Positions 33,516 through 43,385 of a stretch of 64,000 nucleotides of DNA are shown here, in pieces (positions within the stretch are counted from its first letter, which is position 1; every line of letters begins with the position of its first letter). A program made the position numbers and the translations under genes. The stretch lies in the NCBI GenBank assembly GCA_051252375.1, contig JBPOFY010000002.1, forward strand, positions 160,001 to 224,000, written 5' to 3'. The DNA comes from Opitutaceae bacterium (GTDB taxonomy: Bacteria > Verrucomicrobiota > Verrucomicrobiia > Opitutales > Coraliomargaritaceae). The notes beneath the pieces are model-generated. The model saw only the letters and a program-made list of their open reading frames with translations, did no database searches and was not told the origin of the DNA.

Positions 33516-33550
33516 AAAAAAACAGGCGCATCCCGAAGGATGCGCCTGTT
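33516..33550 (-). terminator. Terminator of the BMC-mdh operon
   Basis: Minus AACAGGCGCATCC-TTCG-GGATGCGCCTGTTTTTTT. Confidence 0.9.
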
Positions 33551-33572
33551 GTGAAAGGAGATGTCGAACGAA

Positions 33573-34568
33573 CTAGATCGTGAGACCTAGTTGACCGAAT
33601 GCGACTTTACGCTCTTCAAGAAGCTCTTCATTAGAAGCGGCGATCTTTTCCTTCGCGTAGTCTGTGAGGCTGATGCCTTCAACGACGCGCCATTTGCCGA
33701 CTGCGTCGACCTTGATTGGCAGCGATGTAATGATGCCGGCTGGTGTGCCGTATTCGCCACTTGAAAGCACGCAGACACTGTGGAAATCACCACGTGTAGG
33801 TGTGCACAAATCGCGAACTGTATCGACCACGGCATTGGCAGCGGAAGCAGCGGATGATGCGCCACGGGCAGCAATGATCGCTGCACCACGTGTGCCTACG
33901 TCAGGAACGAAAGTATCTTTCAACCAAGCGTCGTCAGTGATGACGTCTGTCGCTTTGTTGCGGCCGATCTTAGTATTAAAGAAATCAGGGAACATCGTTG
34001 GGCTGTGATTGCCCCAAATGCAAAGTTCGGAAATTTCGCTAACAGGAACGCCTGCCTTTTGAGCGAGTTGTGTCTTCGCACGGTTCTCGTCGAGACGAGT
34101 CATGGCGAAGAATTGCTCATTAGGGATATCTGGTGCGCTCTTCATGGCGATGAGGCAGTTGGTGTTGCAAGGGTTACCCACAACAACTACGCGGCAAGTT
34201 GACTTGGCGTTGTCGTTGATTGCTTTACCTTGGCCCACAAAGACCTTGCCGTTGATGCCGAGTAAGTCAGCACGCTCCATACCCTTCTTACGAGGCACAG
34301 AACCAACGAGGAGTGCCCAATCGCAATCCTTGAAACCAACGCTCAAATCGGCTGTCTGCACGATCTCGGTGAGCAGTGGGAACGCACAGTCGTCGAGTTC
34401 CATAGCAACACCCTTGAGTGGTGCCAAACCTGGCTCGATTTCGACGAGGTTCAGTGCAACTGGTTGATCCGGACCAAACATGGCACCCGATGCAATGCGG
34501 AATAACAATGCGTAACCGATATTACCGGCTGCACCTGTGACTGCGACACGTATAGGAGATTTTTTCAT
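33573..34568 (-). CDS. mdh: Malate dehydrogenase (MDH type 2)
   Basis: [37 protein letters not shown] and WGNHS. Confidence 0.93.
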   Translation of the reverse strand: MKKSPIRVAVTGAAGNIGYALLFRIASGAMFGPDQPVALNLVEIEPGLAPLKGVAMELDDCAFPLLTEIVQTADLSVGFKDCDWALLVGSVPRKKGMERADLLGINGKVFVGQGKAINDNAKSTCRVVVVGNPCNTNCLIAMKSAPDIPNEQFFAMTRLDENRAKTQLAQKAGVPVSEISELCIWGNHSPTMFPDFFNTKIGRNKATDVITDDAWLKDTFVPDVGTRGAAIIAARGASSAASAANAVVDTVRDLCTPTRGDFHSVCVLSSGEYGTPAGIITSLPIKVDAVGKWRVVEGISLTDYAKEKIAASNEELLEERKVAFGQLGLTI

Positions 34569-34610
34569 AGCGATATTATATTGAGTTTAAAATGTTCAGC
34601 TTGCTCGCAA

Positions 34611-35699
34611 TTAGGAGAGCTTGCTCATGATCATGTCAGTGATCTTTTGAACCAATGCATCATCCACATCACCGGCTGGTGCGGAACCAACGGGACATCC
34701 ACATGACGGAGCGGCTGGCTGTGGTGTGGTGCGAACTGTGAATTCGCCTGCGTCGCAGAGTTCACACTCTTTGAGTTCGTCGAGGCGGTGATCTGGCATG
34801 CCGAGCTTCTGACGGATTTCGATGAGCTCCTTGAGCTTGTCTGGACCGTATTGCTTTGGACCACCGATTTGCATAGTGATCGTTACAGTGTGGCAGAAAG
34901 CGTCAGTGTTTTCCATCTTCCAGTAAGCGTCTTCGACGTCCTTACCCCAGCAGATAACACCGTGGTTTTGCATAAGGATGGACTGGTGCTTCTTAGCAAG
35001 CTTGGCAACTTCGCTCGCATTGGCTGGAGAGCCTGGAGTCTGGTAGCTAGCGAAACCGATTTCACCGAGGAACACTTCTGGCTCTGGGATGAGGCAGGCA
35101 GGAGGTGTGACACCAGCCACGGCGAAAGCTGTGGCGTAAATTGGGTGAGCGTGCACGCAAGACTTAGCCTTGGGCTCGTTCTTCATGATGGCCAAGTGTG
35201 TGTTGACTTCAGATGTGCGTGGGCGTGTGCCTGCAACTTGGTTACCATCGAGATCTACCATGCAGATGTCGTCCGGAGCCATGAAACCTTTGGAAATAAG
35301 TGTCGGTGTGCAAAGCACGAGGTTGTCACCTACGCGGACAGTGATGTTACCACCGTTACCGTCGACGTAACCTTTGTTCCAGATACGCTCGCCGATTTTG
35401 CACATGCGCTCTTTGAGTGCTTGGATCTCGGGTGAGTAGAAGAACTTTTCCAATTCACCAGCAGTCTTTGGATCGCCGCCTGGCTTCCAGCTGTATTCCG
35501 CATCAGGAAGGATTGGGTTGTGGATACGTGGTGAACTGCCGCCTTGGGCTGCAGGTGCCGCGCTAGCTGATGCTTTTGGTGCCTTGCGAAGGATATCGCG
35601 AGCCATAGGCGTGAGCTTTGCATTGGCAGGGATGGTCGAGAGGCATTTGCCTTGCTCGATCATTTTTTCGAGGTCTTTCGCTGTATATAATTTGCTCAT
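34611..35699 (-). CDS. Class II aldolase (fuculose/rhamnulose-1-phosphate aldolase of PV-type BMC)
   Basis: GNGGNIT, PTLISKG, SEVNTH, HAHP and NHG motifs; C-terminal encapsulation-peptide-like helix. Confidence 0.9.
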   Translation of the reverse strand: MSKLYTAKDLEKMIEQGKCLSTIPANAKLTPMARDILRKAPKASASAAPAAQGGSSPRIHNPILPDAEYSWKPGGDPKTAGELEKFFYSPEIQALKERMCKIGERIWNKGYVDGNGGNITVRVGDNLVLCTPTLISKGFMAPDDICMVDLDGNQVAGTRPRTSEVNTHLAIMKNEPKAKSCVHAHPIYATAFAVAGVTPPACLIPEPEVFLGEIGFASYQTPGSPANASEVAKLAKKHQSILMQNHGVICWGKDVEDAYWKMENTDAFCHTVTITMQIGGPKQYGPDKLKELIEIRQKLGMPDHRLDELKECELCDAGEFTVRTTPQPAAPSCGCPVGSAPAGDVDDALVQKITDMIMSKLS

Positions 35700-35728
35700 A
35701 ATGTTTGTATGTTGAATCGTTTAAAAAA

Positions 35729-36031
35729 TTAAGACTTTGATGGGGGGGTGTATTTAAAGGTATCAAGGAGCGCTACGGTGATCGCATCCAGTGGTATAGA
35801 TCTATCGAAGGGTTGCATGGCTTCGGCGCCCTCTACGTAGAGCACTTCGTCCCCTAGCCCAGCGCCGAGGTTGTCAAAGGCGACCAAGGAAAATGCTTCG
35901 GAAACTGGGTTCTTATTGGTTCGAGTCAGTTCATCGCTGCCCATTGGAGAAATCATCACCCAACGACCGCCCTTGAAGCTGGGGTCGCCAGCAGCAAGTG
36001 TCACTGTGCCTATGATTCTTCCGGGTTTCAT
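35729..36031 (-). CDS. BMC vertex protein (EutN/CcmL, BMC-P)
   Basis: MKPGRIIGTV...VAFDNLGAGLGDEVL..EGAEA; start at the ATG at 36031. Confidence 0.9.
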   Translation of the reverse strand: MKPGRIIGTVTLAAGDPSFKGGRWVMISPMGSDELTRTNKNPVSEAFSLVAFDNLGAGLGDEVLYVEGAEAMQPFDRSIPLDAITVALLDTFKYTPPSKS

Positions 36032-36032
36032 A

Positions 36033-36287
36033 CTAGTCGACGAGTCCCATGACTTGATTGCGGATTGGTGAATGATTGTCGTGCACCGTATCCTGTGTCC
36101 AGGAACCGTCGGTGGTGATAAACACTCTCGAATGTATGCCAGCTCCGAGTGTGTCGATAGCGGCAAACGGAGATCCTTCGCTCGCGCCAGTCTCATCGAT
36201 CGGTGTGCAAAGCACAATCGTCCGACCTTTGAGACTGGGGTGACCAATGCTGGTAACAGCGTGGCCATCTATGCGAGCGAGAATCAT
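36033..36287 (-). CDS. BMC vertex protein (EutN/CcmL, BMC-P)
   Basis: MILARIDG...AIDTLGAG..SRVFITTDGS...GLVD. Confidence 0.9.
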   Translation of the reverse strand: MILARIDGHAVTSIGHPSLKGRTIVLCTPIDETGASEGSPFAAIDTLGAGIHSRVFITTDGSWTQDTVHDNHSPIRNQVMGLVD

Positions 36288-36346
36288 GTTTTTTTTTTAA
36301 AAGCTGAAATCTGAAAGCTAAAATGCTGAGATTAGAAAGCTGAACG

Positions 36347-37789
36347 TTAACGAACGATGTTCAAGTTGTTGACCAATGTGCAACGGCGGTAACGAGTGAA
36401 GGTGCGTGGCGTAGTGATGCCCTCACCTGTCGTTGTCGCGATTGAGAAGCTGATAAAGCCTTCACCACCGAGACCGAGACCTGCTAAACAAGGACCGTTC
36501 TTGACGAAGATTGTGGTGTCCATGGCCTGTCCCATTTCAGTCATACGAGCGACATTCATGGTGTGGATCATGGCAGAGTGCTTGTCGCCATGCTCAGATT
36601 GCTTAGCGATGCTAAGACCTTGAGCGAAGTCATTGGCACGAACGATTGGCAGCAACGGCATCATTTGTTCTTCTTGAACGAATGGATCGTTGGCATCGGT
36701 TTCAGCGATGAGCATTTCAACCTTAGTATCGAGGTCCAAGCCTGCGATACGTGCAAGTGCATCTGGATTTGCGCCGACCCACTTACGGTTAAGAACCGGA
36801 GTGCCACAGCCTACGCCGTTCTTATAATCGAAGACTTCTTTTTTAATTGCTTCGAGCTGCTGTGCATTGAGGAGCACCGCACCTTGGCGTTGCATTGCCG
36901 CAAGCGTCTTTTGATACGAGTCACCGACTGCGATGATTTGTTTCTCACCGATGCAGAGCAAATTGTTGTCGAAACCACCACCAGCGATGATGTCGCGAGC
37001 GACACGGTCGAAGTCGAGTGAGTTGCAATCGTCAACGAGCACTGGAGGATTACCAGGGCCTGCGCAAATTGCGCGTTTGCCAGTCTTCATCGCAGCATCA
37101 ACAACACCAGGACCGCCAGTGATGCAGAGCATGTTGACGTCGTCATGTGTGCAGAGCGCGTTGAATGAGTCGAGGGAAGGCTTCTCAATCGTGCAGAGCA
37201 GATTGGAGATACCAGTTTCGGCTTTGATCGCTTCGTTGAACTCGTTAATTGCGAGTGCAGCAACTGCGGCACCACCTGGATGCGGATTAAAGACGATCGA
37301 GTTACCAGCAGCGACCATGTTGACGATGTTGCCAGCGATAGTCGGCACAGAGTGTGTCAGCGGAGTGACACCTACGATGACGCCCCAAGGAGCGGCTTCG
37401 TCCATTGTGATACCGAAATCACCACTCATGCCTTGCGGCGTGAGATACTCGGGTCCGAGCACATTTTGCACACCCTGAAGCTTCGCAGGTTTGTGCGCAA
37501 GGCGACCAATTTTGGTTTCGTTAAACTCGATCTGTCCCCAACGCTCAGCGTTAGCAACACACATCTTCTTAACGAGATCGACGATCTGCTTACGAGCGGC
37601 CCAGCCTTTTTTCTGGAGCTGCTCAAAACCACTACGTGCTGCTGCCACGGCTTGATCGGGGTCGTCAAAGACACCGTGTTTGCCGGGGCGAGTTTGGATA
37701 GTCGGCATCGATAGCCCACCCTTGGATTGCATCTGTGCGAGCACTTCACTCACTACTTTACGAATCGCTGCTTCATTCAATTGACTCAT
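36347..37789 (-). CDS. CoA-acylating aldehyde dehydrogenase (EutE/PduP-like)
   Basis: TGGPGVV, AGPGNPP, FDNNLLCIGEK, EQMMP and TGEG motifs; N-terminal encapsulation peptide. Confidence 0.93.
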   Translation of the reverse strand: MSQLNEAAIRKVVSEVLAQMQSKGGLSMPTIQTRPGKHGVFDDPDQAVAAARSGFEQLQKKGWAARKQIVDLVKKMCVANAERWGQIEFNETKIGRLAHKPAKLQGVQNVLGPEYLTPQGMSGDFGITMDEAAPWGVIVGVTPLTHSVPTIAGNIVNMVAAGNSIVFNPHPGGAAVAALAINEFNEAIKAETGISNLLCTIEKPSLDSFNALCTHDDVNMLCITGGPGVVDAAMKTGKRAICAGPGNPPVLVDDCNSLDFDRVARDIIAGGGFDNNLLCIGEKQIIAVGDSYQKTLAAMQRQGAVLLNAQQLEAIKKEVFDYKNGVGCGTPVLNRKWVGANPDALARIAGLDLDTKVEMLIAETDANDPFVQEEQMMPLLPIVRANDFAQGLSIAKQSEHGDKHSAMIHTMNVARMTEMGQAMDTTIFVKNGPCLAGLGLGGEGFISFSIATTTGEGITTPRTFTRYRRCTLVNNLNIVR

Positions 37790-37811
37790 GTAAATATCCT
37801 GTTCTTAAGGT

Positions 37812-38126
37812 TTAACTGTTCTTCGCCTCGTAAGTTTTCTTACCGAGGATGCTAACTGTATCGACGAGACCGATAATCGCGGCATCCACGGGGAGTGCTT
37901 TCAGGCCTTCGGCTTGACGAGCTGAACTCCCTTGGGCAAGCATCACCAATTCTCCTTCGCCGGCTCCCAGCGTATCAATCGCGACAATCGTATTGTTGCC
38001 GGGCTTGAATTTGCTGGGGTCTGCCGGGTCGACTAGCATAGGGCGCACCATGAGGAGCTTACGCCCCCGCATGGTCTCGTCCTTTTTAGTCGAAACGACG
38101 GATCCGATGACTAATGCCAGATACAT
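37812..38126 (-). CDS. BMC vertex protein (EutN/CcmL, BMC-P)
   Basis: VIGSVVSTKK...VAIDTLGAGEGE.V...QGSSAR...PVDAAIIGLVD. Confidence 0.93.
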   Translation of the reverse strand: MYLALVIGSVVSTKKDETMRGRKLLMVRPMLVDPADPSKFKPGNNTIVAIDTLGAGEGELVMLAQGSSARQAEGLKALPVDAAIIGLVDTVSILGKKTYEAKNS

Positions 38127-38131
38127 CGGGT

Positions 38132-38440
38132 TTACTTACTAGCTGCGCGTTTTGCAGCTGGTTTGAGAGCAGGAACAATCACTTCTACATCGTCGTGTGG
38201 ACGAGCAATTGTGTGTGCACTGACAACTTCACCGTAACGGCCAGCTGTTTCAGCACCTGTTTCGATCGCTGCGTTCACCGCTGCGATGTCACCAGTGATG
38301 ACGACGCTCACAAGTGCGCTACCGACACCCTTCATAGGGCCAGTGAGTTCAATGTTTGCAGACTTAAGCATCGCATCTGTGCCAAGCACAAGTGCAGTGA
38401 GACCTTTAGTTTCGAGAATTCCGATTGCTTGTTTTGCCAT
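38132..38440 (-). CDS. BMC hexamer shell protein (BMC-H)
   Basis: AIGILETKG...DAMLKSA...GDIAAV...IARPH. Confidence 0.93.
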   Translation of the reverse strand: MAKQAIGILETKGLTALVLGTDAMLKSANIELTGPMKGVGSALVSVVITGDIAAVNAAIETGAETAGRYGEVVSAHTIARPHDDVEVIVPALKPAAKRAASK

Positions 38441-38497
38441 AATATTATGTTGGGTTGAGTAATTATTGTTTAGATTGATTGCTTTGAAATTTAATGA

Positions 38498-39682
38498 CTA
38501 CCGAGACTGAATGTTGCGGTAGACTTCGCGAGCGATGACGAGCTCCTCGTTGGCCGGGATAACGACCACTTTGATGGATGAATCCGCTGTGCTGATAACA
38601 CCCTCGGCGCCGCGAATGACTTTCGCGTTGGCTTCGGGATCGATCTTAACGCCGAGCCCTTCGAGGCCGGAGCAGACAGTGGCACGCAGTTCAGGATCGT
38701 TTTCACCCATGCCTGCGGTAAATGAAATCACTTCGGCACCGCCCATCTTGAAGAAGAAGGAACCGGCCCAGTGACGGATGCTATCGATCAGGAGATCGAC
38801 GGCGAGTTGTGCGTTGGCGTTGCCAGCTTCGGCGGCTTCGCGAATGTCGCGAGCGTCGTTGCTAACTTCGGAGATACCGAGCAAGCCACTCTCTTTATTG
38901 AGTTGGCGCTCTGCTTCTTCGATCGAAAGGCCGAGCATCTTACTAACGTAAGGAATGGCCATTGAATCGAGATCACCGACGCGGTTGTTTTGTGGTAAAC
39001 CACTTTGCGGGCTGAAGCCCATACTGGAACCAATGGCGACACCATTGTTAATCCCGACGACGGAGCTACTACCACCAAGGTGGCAAGAGATCACACGAAC
39101 GGGCGAACCAGTATATTCTCCGGGACCGTCGACGTAGAGTCGGCGTGCACGCTCGGCCACAACATCGTTACCAACCAGCTCAGCTGAGCGTTCGGCAATG
39201 AATTTGTGACTCGCACCGTGAAAACCGTAACGACGGATACCCAAGTCACGCCATGCTTTAGGGATGGCGTAAGTCGTCGATGCTTCACTCGCCCATTGGA
39301 AAAATGCAGTCTCAAAGAGAGCGACACGTTTCACATCGGGAAGTTTTTCGGCGAAGCAACGAATACCTTCGGCGTAGGCGGGGTTGTGGGCAGGAGCCAC
39401 TTCCTTGAAGCCGTTTAGGGCTTCAAGGACGCGCTCGTCTGCTTCAACACAGCCACTGAGATCTTTTCCCAGCACGGTTTTAAAACCGACTGCGTCCAGA
39501 TCTTCACCGGACTGAAGATGGCCATCGCCAACTAGGGTCTCGAGCATTTCCTCAATACACGGGGTGTATTCAGTGACGCGTTCGAAACCACCATCTGCCA
39601 ATTGATTGGCGACAGTATCGCTCATCTCAAAAAGACGATACTTGAAGGAGGTGGAACCTAGATTGGCGATGAGTATCTTCAC
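38498..39682 (-). CDS. ackA: Acetate/propionate kinase
   Basis: NLGSTSFK, APAHNP, RRYGFHGASH, CHLGGSSS and ANEELVIA. Confidence 0.9.
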   Translation of the reverse strand: MKILIANLGSTSFKYRLFEMSDTVANQLADGGFERVTEYTPCIEEMLETLVGDGHLQSGEDLDAVGFKTVLGKDLSGCVEADERVLEALNGFKEVAPAHNPAYAEGIRCFAEKLPDVKRVALFETAFFQWASEASTTYAIPKAWRDLGIRRYGFHGASHKFIAERSAELVGNDVVAERARRLYVDGPGEYTGSPVRVISCHLGGSSSVVGINNGVAIGSSMGFSPQSGLPQNNRVGDLDSMAIPYVSKMLGLSIEEAERQLNKESGLLGISEVSNDARDIREAAEAGNANAQLAVDLLIDSIRHWAGSFFFKMGGAEVISFTAGMGENDPELRATVCSGLEGLGVKIDPEANAKVIRGAEGVISTADSSIKVVVIPANEELVIAREVYRNIQSR

Positions 39683-39702
39683 AGAAAACGTTGGTTAAAT
39701 AA

Positions 39703-39981
39703 TTATCCGATCCAGCTTCCGAGTTTCGAAAGGTCGTCGTGTGGGCGAGGAATCACTTGAACAGCGACTACTTCACCGATCGCGCCGGCTGCATCTGCAC
39801 CTGCTTCAACCGCAGCTTTAACAGCAGCGACATCGCCTGTGAAGAAAGCAGTGACAAGACCACTTCCGATTTTTTCCCAGCCAGACATTGTTACGTCAGC
39901 GGATTTTAGTGCGGCATCGGATGCTTCCATGAGGCATACGAACCCCTTGCACTCGATCATTCCTATTGCTTGTTTAGCCAT
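39703..39981 (-). CDS. BMC hexamer shell protein (BMC-H)
   Basis: AIGMIECKG...DAALKSADV...GDVAAVKAA...IPRPH. Confidence 0.95.
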   Translation of the reverse strand: MAKQAIGMIECKGFVCLMEASDAALKSADVTMSGWEKIGSGLVTAFFTGDVAAVKAAVEAGADAAGAIGEVVAVQVIPRPHDDLSKLGSWIG

Positions 39982-40001
39982 AATATTTGTTTCCCTAAGG
40001 G

Positions 40002-40271
40002 TTAAGCTTGAAAGTATTTAAGCAGATCCTCGTGAGGACGTGCGATGATGTGAGAAGCTACCAACTCGCCTGCGCGGTTTGCGGCTTCTGCACCAGCTTC
40101 GACGGCTGCTTTTACGCTGCCGACATCTCCTTTAACGAGAACGGTTAAAAAACCGCCGCCGATGGAGATTTGTTTTACAAGGCTAACAGATGCTGCCTTG
40201 GCCATTGCGTCACTTGCTTCAATAGAGCCAGTGAGGCCTTTTGTTTCTACCAATCCGATGGATTCACTCAT
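40002..40271 (-). CDS. BMC hexamer shell protein (BMC-H)
   Basis: IGLVETKG...DAMAKAA...GDVGSVKAA...IARPH. Confidence 0.95.
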   Translation of the reverse strand: MSESIGLVETKGLTGSIEASDAMAKAASVSLVKQISIGGGFLTVLVKGDVGSVKAAVEAGAEAANRAGELVASHIIARPHEDLLKYFQA

Positions 40272-40315
40272 GATATTTTTTGGTTTGTGGTTATGTGTGT
40301 TGAAATGAGAGTTGT

Positions 40316-40990
40316 TTATTTAATCAGCTCGCAAGGTGTGTCTTGACTGAAGCCACATGCATTACCCTCGTCAGTGTCGATGTGCACTTCCAGCTTAAAG
40401 GAAGGATCTACGCGAACGAAGATGCGGTCAAAAGTGACACCGAGGTCACCGCCGACGCGGAGCTTCATAAAAGATTTGTTTTCGACGCCGTAATGTTTGG
40501 CATCATCAGGGTGCATGTGCACGTGTGGCGCGGCGCGGATGACGCCCTTGTCCATCTTAAGGAAACCCGCAGGCCCCATCAACATGCAACCAGGTGTGCC
40601 TTCGATATCGCCGGAGTTGCGAGTCGGGATTTCGAAGCCGAGCGAAATCGCATCGGTGAGTGCCAACTCCACCTGATCGAAGTCGCGACACGGACCTAGA
40701 ATGCGGAGGTTTGAAATAACACGACTACGCGGACCGATCATCGTGACGGACTCTTGAGCGGCGTATTGGCCGTCCATATAAAGATCTTTTTTCGGTGTCA
40801 GCGTGTGACCTTTACCAAAAAGCACTTCAACGGATGCTTGAGATAGGTGACAGTGTCTTGCACTGATGTTGACAACGAGTGGATTCGGGCCTCCCGAAGC
40901 GCTTAAAGCACTGCTACCAGCCGCATTACGTAGCAAGCTGGAACGCACTAGCTGCTCTACTTGGGCACGATTTAAGGGTGTATGACTCAT
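40316..40990 (-). CDS. pduL: Phosphate acyltransferase PduL
   Basis: ISARHCHLS, LRILGP.R...QVE, HVHM and HIDTDEGNA; N-terminal encapsulation peptide. Confidence 0.93.
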   Translation of the reverse strand: MSHTPLNRAQVEQLVRSSLLRNAAGSSALSASGGPNPLVVNISARHCHLSQASVEVLFGKGHTLTPKKDLYMDGQYAAQESVTMIGPRSRVISNLRILGPCRDFDQVELALTDAISLGFEIPTRNSGDIEGTPGCMLMGPAGFLKMDKGVIRAAPHVHMHPDDAKHYGVENKSFMKLRVGGDLGVTFDRIFVRVDPSFKLEVHIDTDEGNACGFSQDTPCELIK

Positions 40991-41027
40991 GTGGGAAAGT
41001 GTGGGTATTGTTGCGAAAGACACATGG

Positions 41028-41096
41028 AATCCAATTATTTTCGCCTAAAGTCAACATATAACTTGCTAAAATCCAATAAAAACCAAATAAATCCAA
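41028..41096. promoter_or_regulatory. Putative DeoR operator direct repeats
   Basis: AATCCAA at 41028, 41070 and 41090 and AAACCAA at 41080 (10-bp period). Confidence 0.5.
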
Positions 41097-41105
41097 CTTT
41101 ACCTC

Positions 41106-41885
41106 ATGCTCGCACAAGAACGACATCAACAGATCCTCAACCTCCTCGCCGAGAGTGGAACTATCCGCACAGTCGACCTCGCGGAAGAACTTCAAGTCAC
41201 CGACGAGACCATACGTCGCGACTTACAGATATTATCGGATAATAATCAATTAACGCGGGTTCACGGTGGAGCCTGCAGTTTGACGGGGCGCCCTACTCTA
41301 CGCTCTTTCTCAGAGCGCCGTGGTATAGGTATTGAACTGAAGCATGCCATCGCGATGGCGGCCCTGGATCAAGTCACGCCAGGTCAAACTTATGCCTTTG
41401 ATAGTAGCACGACGGTCTTTGAGCTCGTTTCTGCCATGCCGGATCTGCCCTATCGTGTTGTCACCAATGCATTTGAAGTGCTGGCTCACGTCACACGAAT
41501 GCAGAATGTGGAGCTCATTTCCACTGGTGGTCGCTACCACCATAAGACGGAAACCTTTACTCGTAGTGACAGCTACACCGCGCTGCGCCGTCACAACATC
41601 AACATCGCGTTCATCTCTTCTATAGGGCTGGACGTGAACCGAGGTGTGAGCGAAGGTTTCGAAGAGCAAGCCGGTTTTAAAGAGTATTTGGTCAAAGTAG
41701 CGGAAAAAGTCGTGCTACTGATCGACTCCAGTAAATTGAACAAATGCTCTGAATATTTTTTTGCAGAACTGAAAGACATCTCCCAGATTATTACTGATGA
41801 ACACGCAGACCCCGCATACGTTGATGAACTACGTAAGCGTGGCTGCCATGTGACAATCGCTAGCCAAGAAAACCTACCCACTTAG
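41106..41885 (+). CDS. DeoR/GlpR-family transcriptional regulator
   Basis: ERHQQILNLL...VTDETIRRDL...RVHGGA and DSSTT. Confidence 0.95.
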   Translation: MLAQERHQQILNLLAESGTIRTVDLAEELQVTDETIRRDLQILSDNNQLTRVHGGACSLTGRPTLRSFSERRGIGIELKHAIAMAALDQVTPGQTYAFDSSTTVFELVSAMPDLPYRVVTNAFEVLAHVTRMQNVELISTGGRYHHKTETFTRSDSYTALRRHNINIAFISSIGLDVNRGVSEGFEEQAGFKEYLVKVAEKVVLLIDSSKLNKCSEYFFAELKDISQIITDEHADPAYVDELRKRGCHVTIASQENLPT

Positions 41886-41897
41886 AACTACCCATCC

Positions 41898-43376
41898 ATG
41901 AATCAGAAGAAAGTATATCTCGCAGTCGACCTCGGCGCTGGCAGTGGCCGCGTTCTAGCCGGTGAATTTGATGGCAAACGCATTGAACTTCACGAACTAA
42001 ACCGCTTCGACAATCTCGCACTCGAATTACCAAGTGGCGTGCATTGTAATATCCCTTCCCTCTATCATAACATCCTCGATGGTTTAAGGACTGCTGCCGA
42101 CGCTTATGGAGACGCGGTAGTCAGTATCGGCATTGATACTTGGGGCGTTGATTATGGGCTCTTCGATAAAAACGGCCGCCTACTCGGTCTGCCATACAAT
42201 TACCGTGACAGCCGGACTGATGGTATGATGGAAAAGGCATTTGAGAAGGCCTCCAAGGAAGAGATCTATGAGAAGACTGGCATTGAATGCCTCTTTTTTA
42301 ACACACTTTATCAACTCATCTCCGAAGTCGAGGGACGTAGCGCGGCTCTCGATGTCGCCGAAGACCTGCTCTTCACTCCGGACCTTTTGGGCTACTGGTT
42401 AACAGGTAATAAAACACAGGAGCGAAGCATCGCCAGCACCTCACAGCTGTATAATCCTAAGATTAAGGACTGGGACTTCGAACTTATTGAAAAACTCGGC
42501 CTGCCGACTCGCCTCTTTAAGAAGATTAGTGACCCAGGCAGTGTGCTCGGCGAACTAACAGAAAAAGTCGCGCGCAGAACTGGCTTAAACGATGTCAAAG
42601 TGATCACCGTAGGAGGGCACGACACCGCAAGTGCAGTGGCTGCAGTCCCAAGCCAATCAAAAACACCTGCTTACTTAAGCAGCGGAACATGGTCTCTCTT
42701 AGGTCTAGAGTTACCAGAGCCCATCATCACAGAGCAATCGCTAGCAGACGGCTTTACCAACGAGATCGGAGTCAACAATACGGTCCGCTTTTTGAAAAAT
42801 ATTTGCGGCTTATGGCTGATCCAGCAAAGCAAACGCTACTGGCGCGCGGCTGGAGAGGATATCGCCTACAGTAAAATGGCCAGCTTCGCCGCTAAAGCCA
42901 CCCCCTTCCGCAGCTTGATCAATCCAGACGATAAGCGCTTTATTGAAGAGGGTCGTATGCCGGAGAAGATTCAAGAGTTCTGTCACGAAACAGGACAGCC
43001 AGTGCCTGAGAGCAAGGGTGAGATCATCCGCTGCATTTACGAAAGCCTCGCCCTTCGCTATTCAGAAGTTTGGGAAAAACTAGTGCAATATACCGAACAC
43101 AAACCCGAGACCCTCCACATTGTCGGCGGAGGTTGCCAAGACAGACTACTCAACCAATTTGCAGCGAATGCGATTGGAGTTAAAGTCGCCGCATGTCCGG
43201 TCGAAGCCACTGGACTCGGCAATATCCTCGCGCAGATGCTTGCAGACAAAGCCATCACAGACCTTTCTGAAGGACGTAAAATTGTCCTCAATTCTTCACT
43301 CGTCGAAATCTTTGAGCCAGCCGATCAAGTTCCATGGGCCGAGGCAAAAATTAAATTCCAAGCCATCTGCAAATAG
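41898..43376 (+). CDS. rhaB: Rhamnulokinase/fuculokinase (FGGY family)
   Basis: AVDLGAGSGR, IDTWGVDY, HDTASA, SSGTWSL and PVEAT..GN. Confidence 0.9.
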   Translation: MNQKKVYLAVDLGAGSGRVLAGEFDGKRIELHELNRFDNLALELPSGVHCNIPSLYHNILDGLRTAADAYGDAVVSIGIDTWGVDYGLFDKNGRLLGLPYNYRDSRTDGMMEKAFEKASKEEIYEKTGIECLFFNTLYQLISEVEGRSAALDVAEDLLFTPDLLGYWLTGNKTQERSIASTSQLYNPKIKDWDFELIEKLGLPTRLFKKISDPGSVLGELTEKVARRTGLNDVKVITVGGHDTASAVAAVPSQSKTPAYLSSGTWSLLGLELPEPIITEQSLADGFTNEIGVNNTVRFLKNICGLWLIQQSKRYWRAAGEDIAYSKMASFAAKATPFRSLINPDDKRFIEEGRMPEKIQEFCHETGQPVPESKGEIIRCIYESLALRYSEVWEKLVQYTEHKPETLHIVGGGCQDRLLNQFAANAIGVKVAACPVEATGLGNILAQMLADKAITDLSEGRKIVLNSSLVEIFEPADQVPWAEAKIKFQAICK

Positions 43377-43385
43377 TATTTTTTT

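Noticed and set aside
36032..36268. 79-aa extension of the third BMC-P gene
   Set aside because: Overlaps the upstream BMC-P gene in another frame; the EutN-like sequence starts at 36031.
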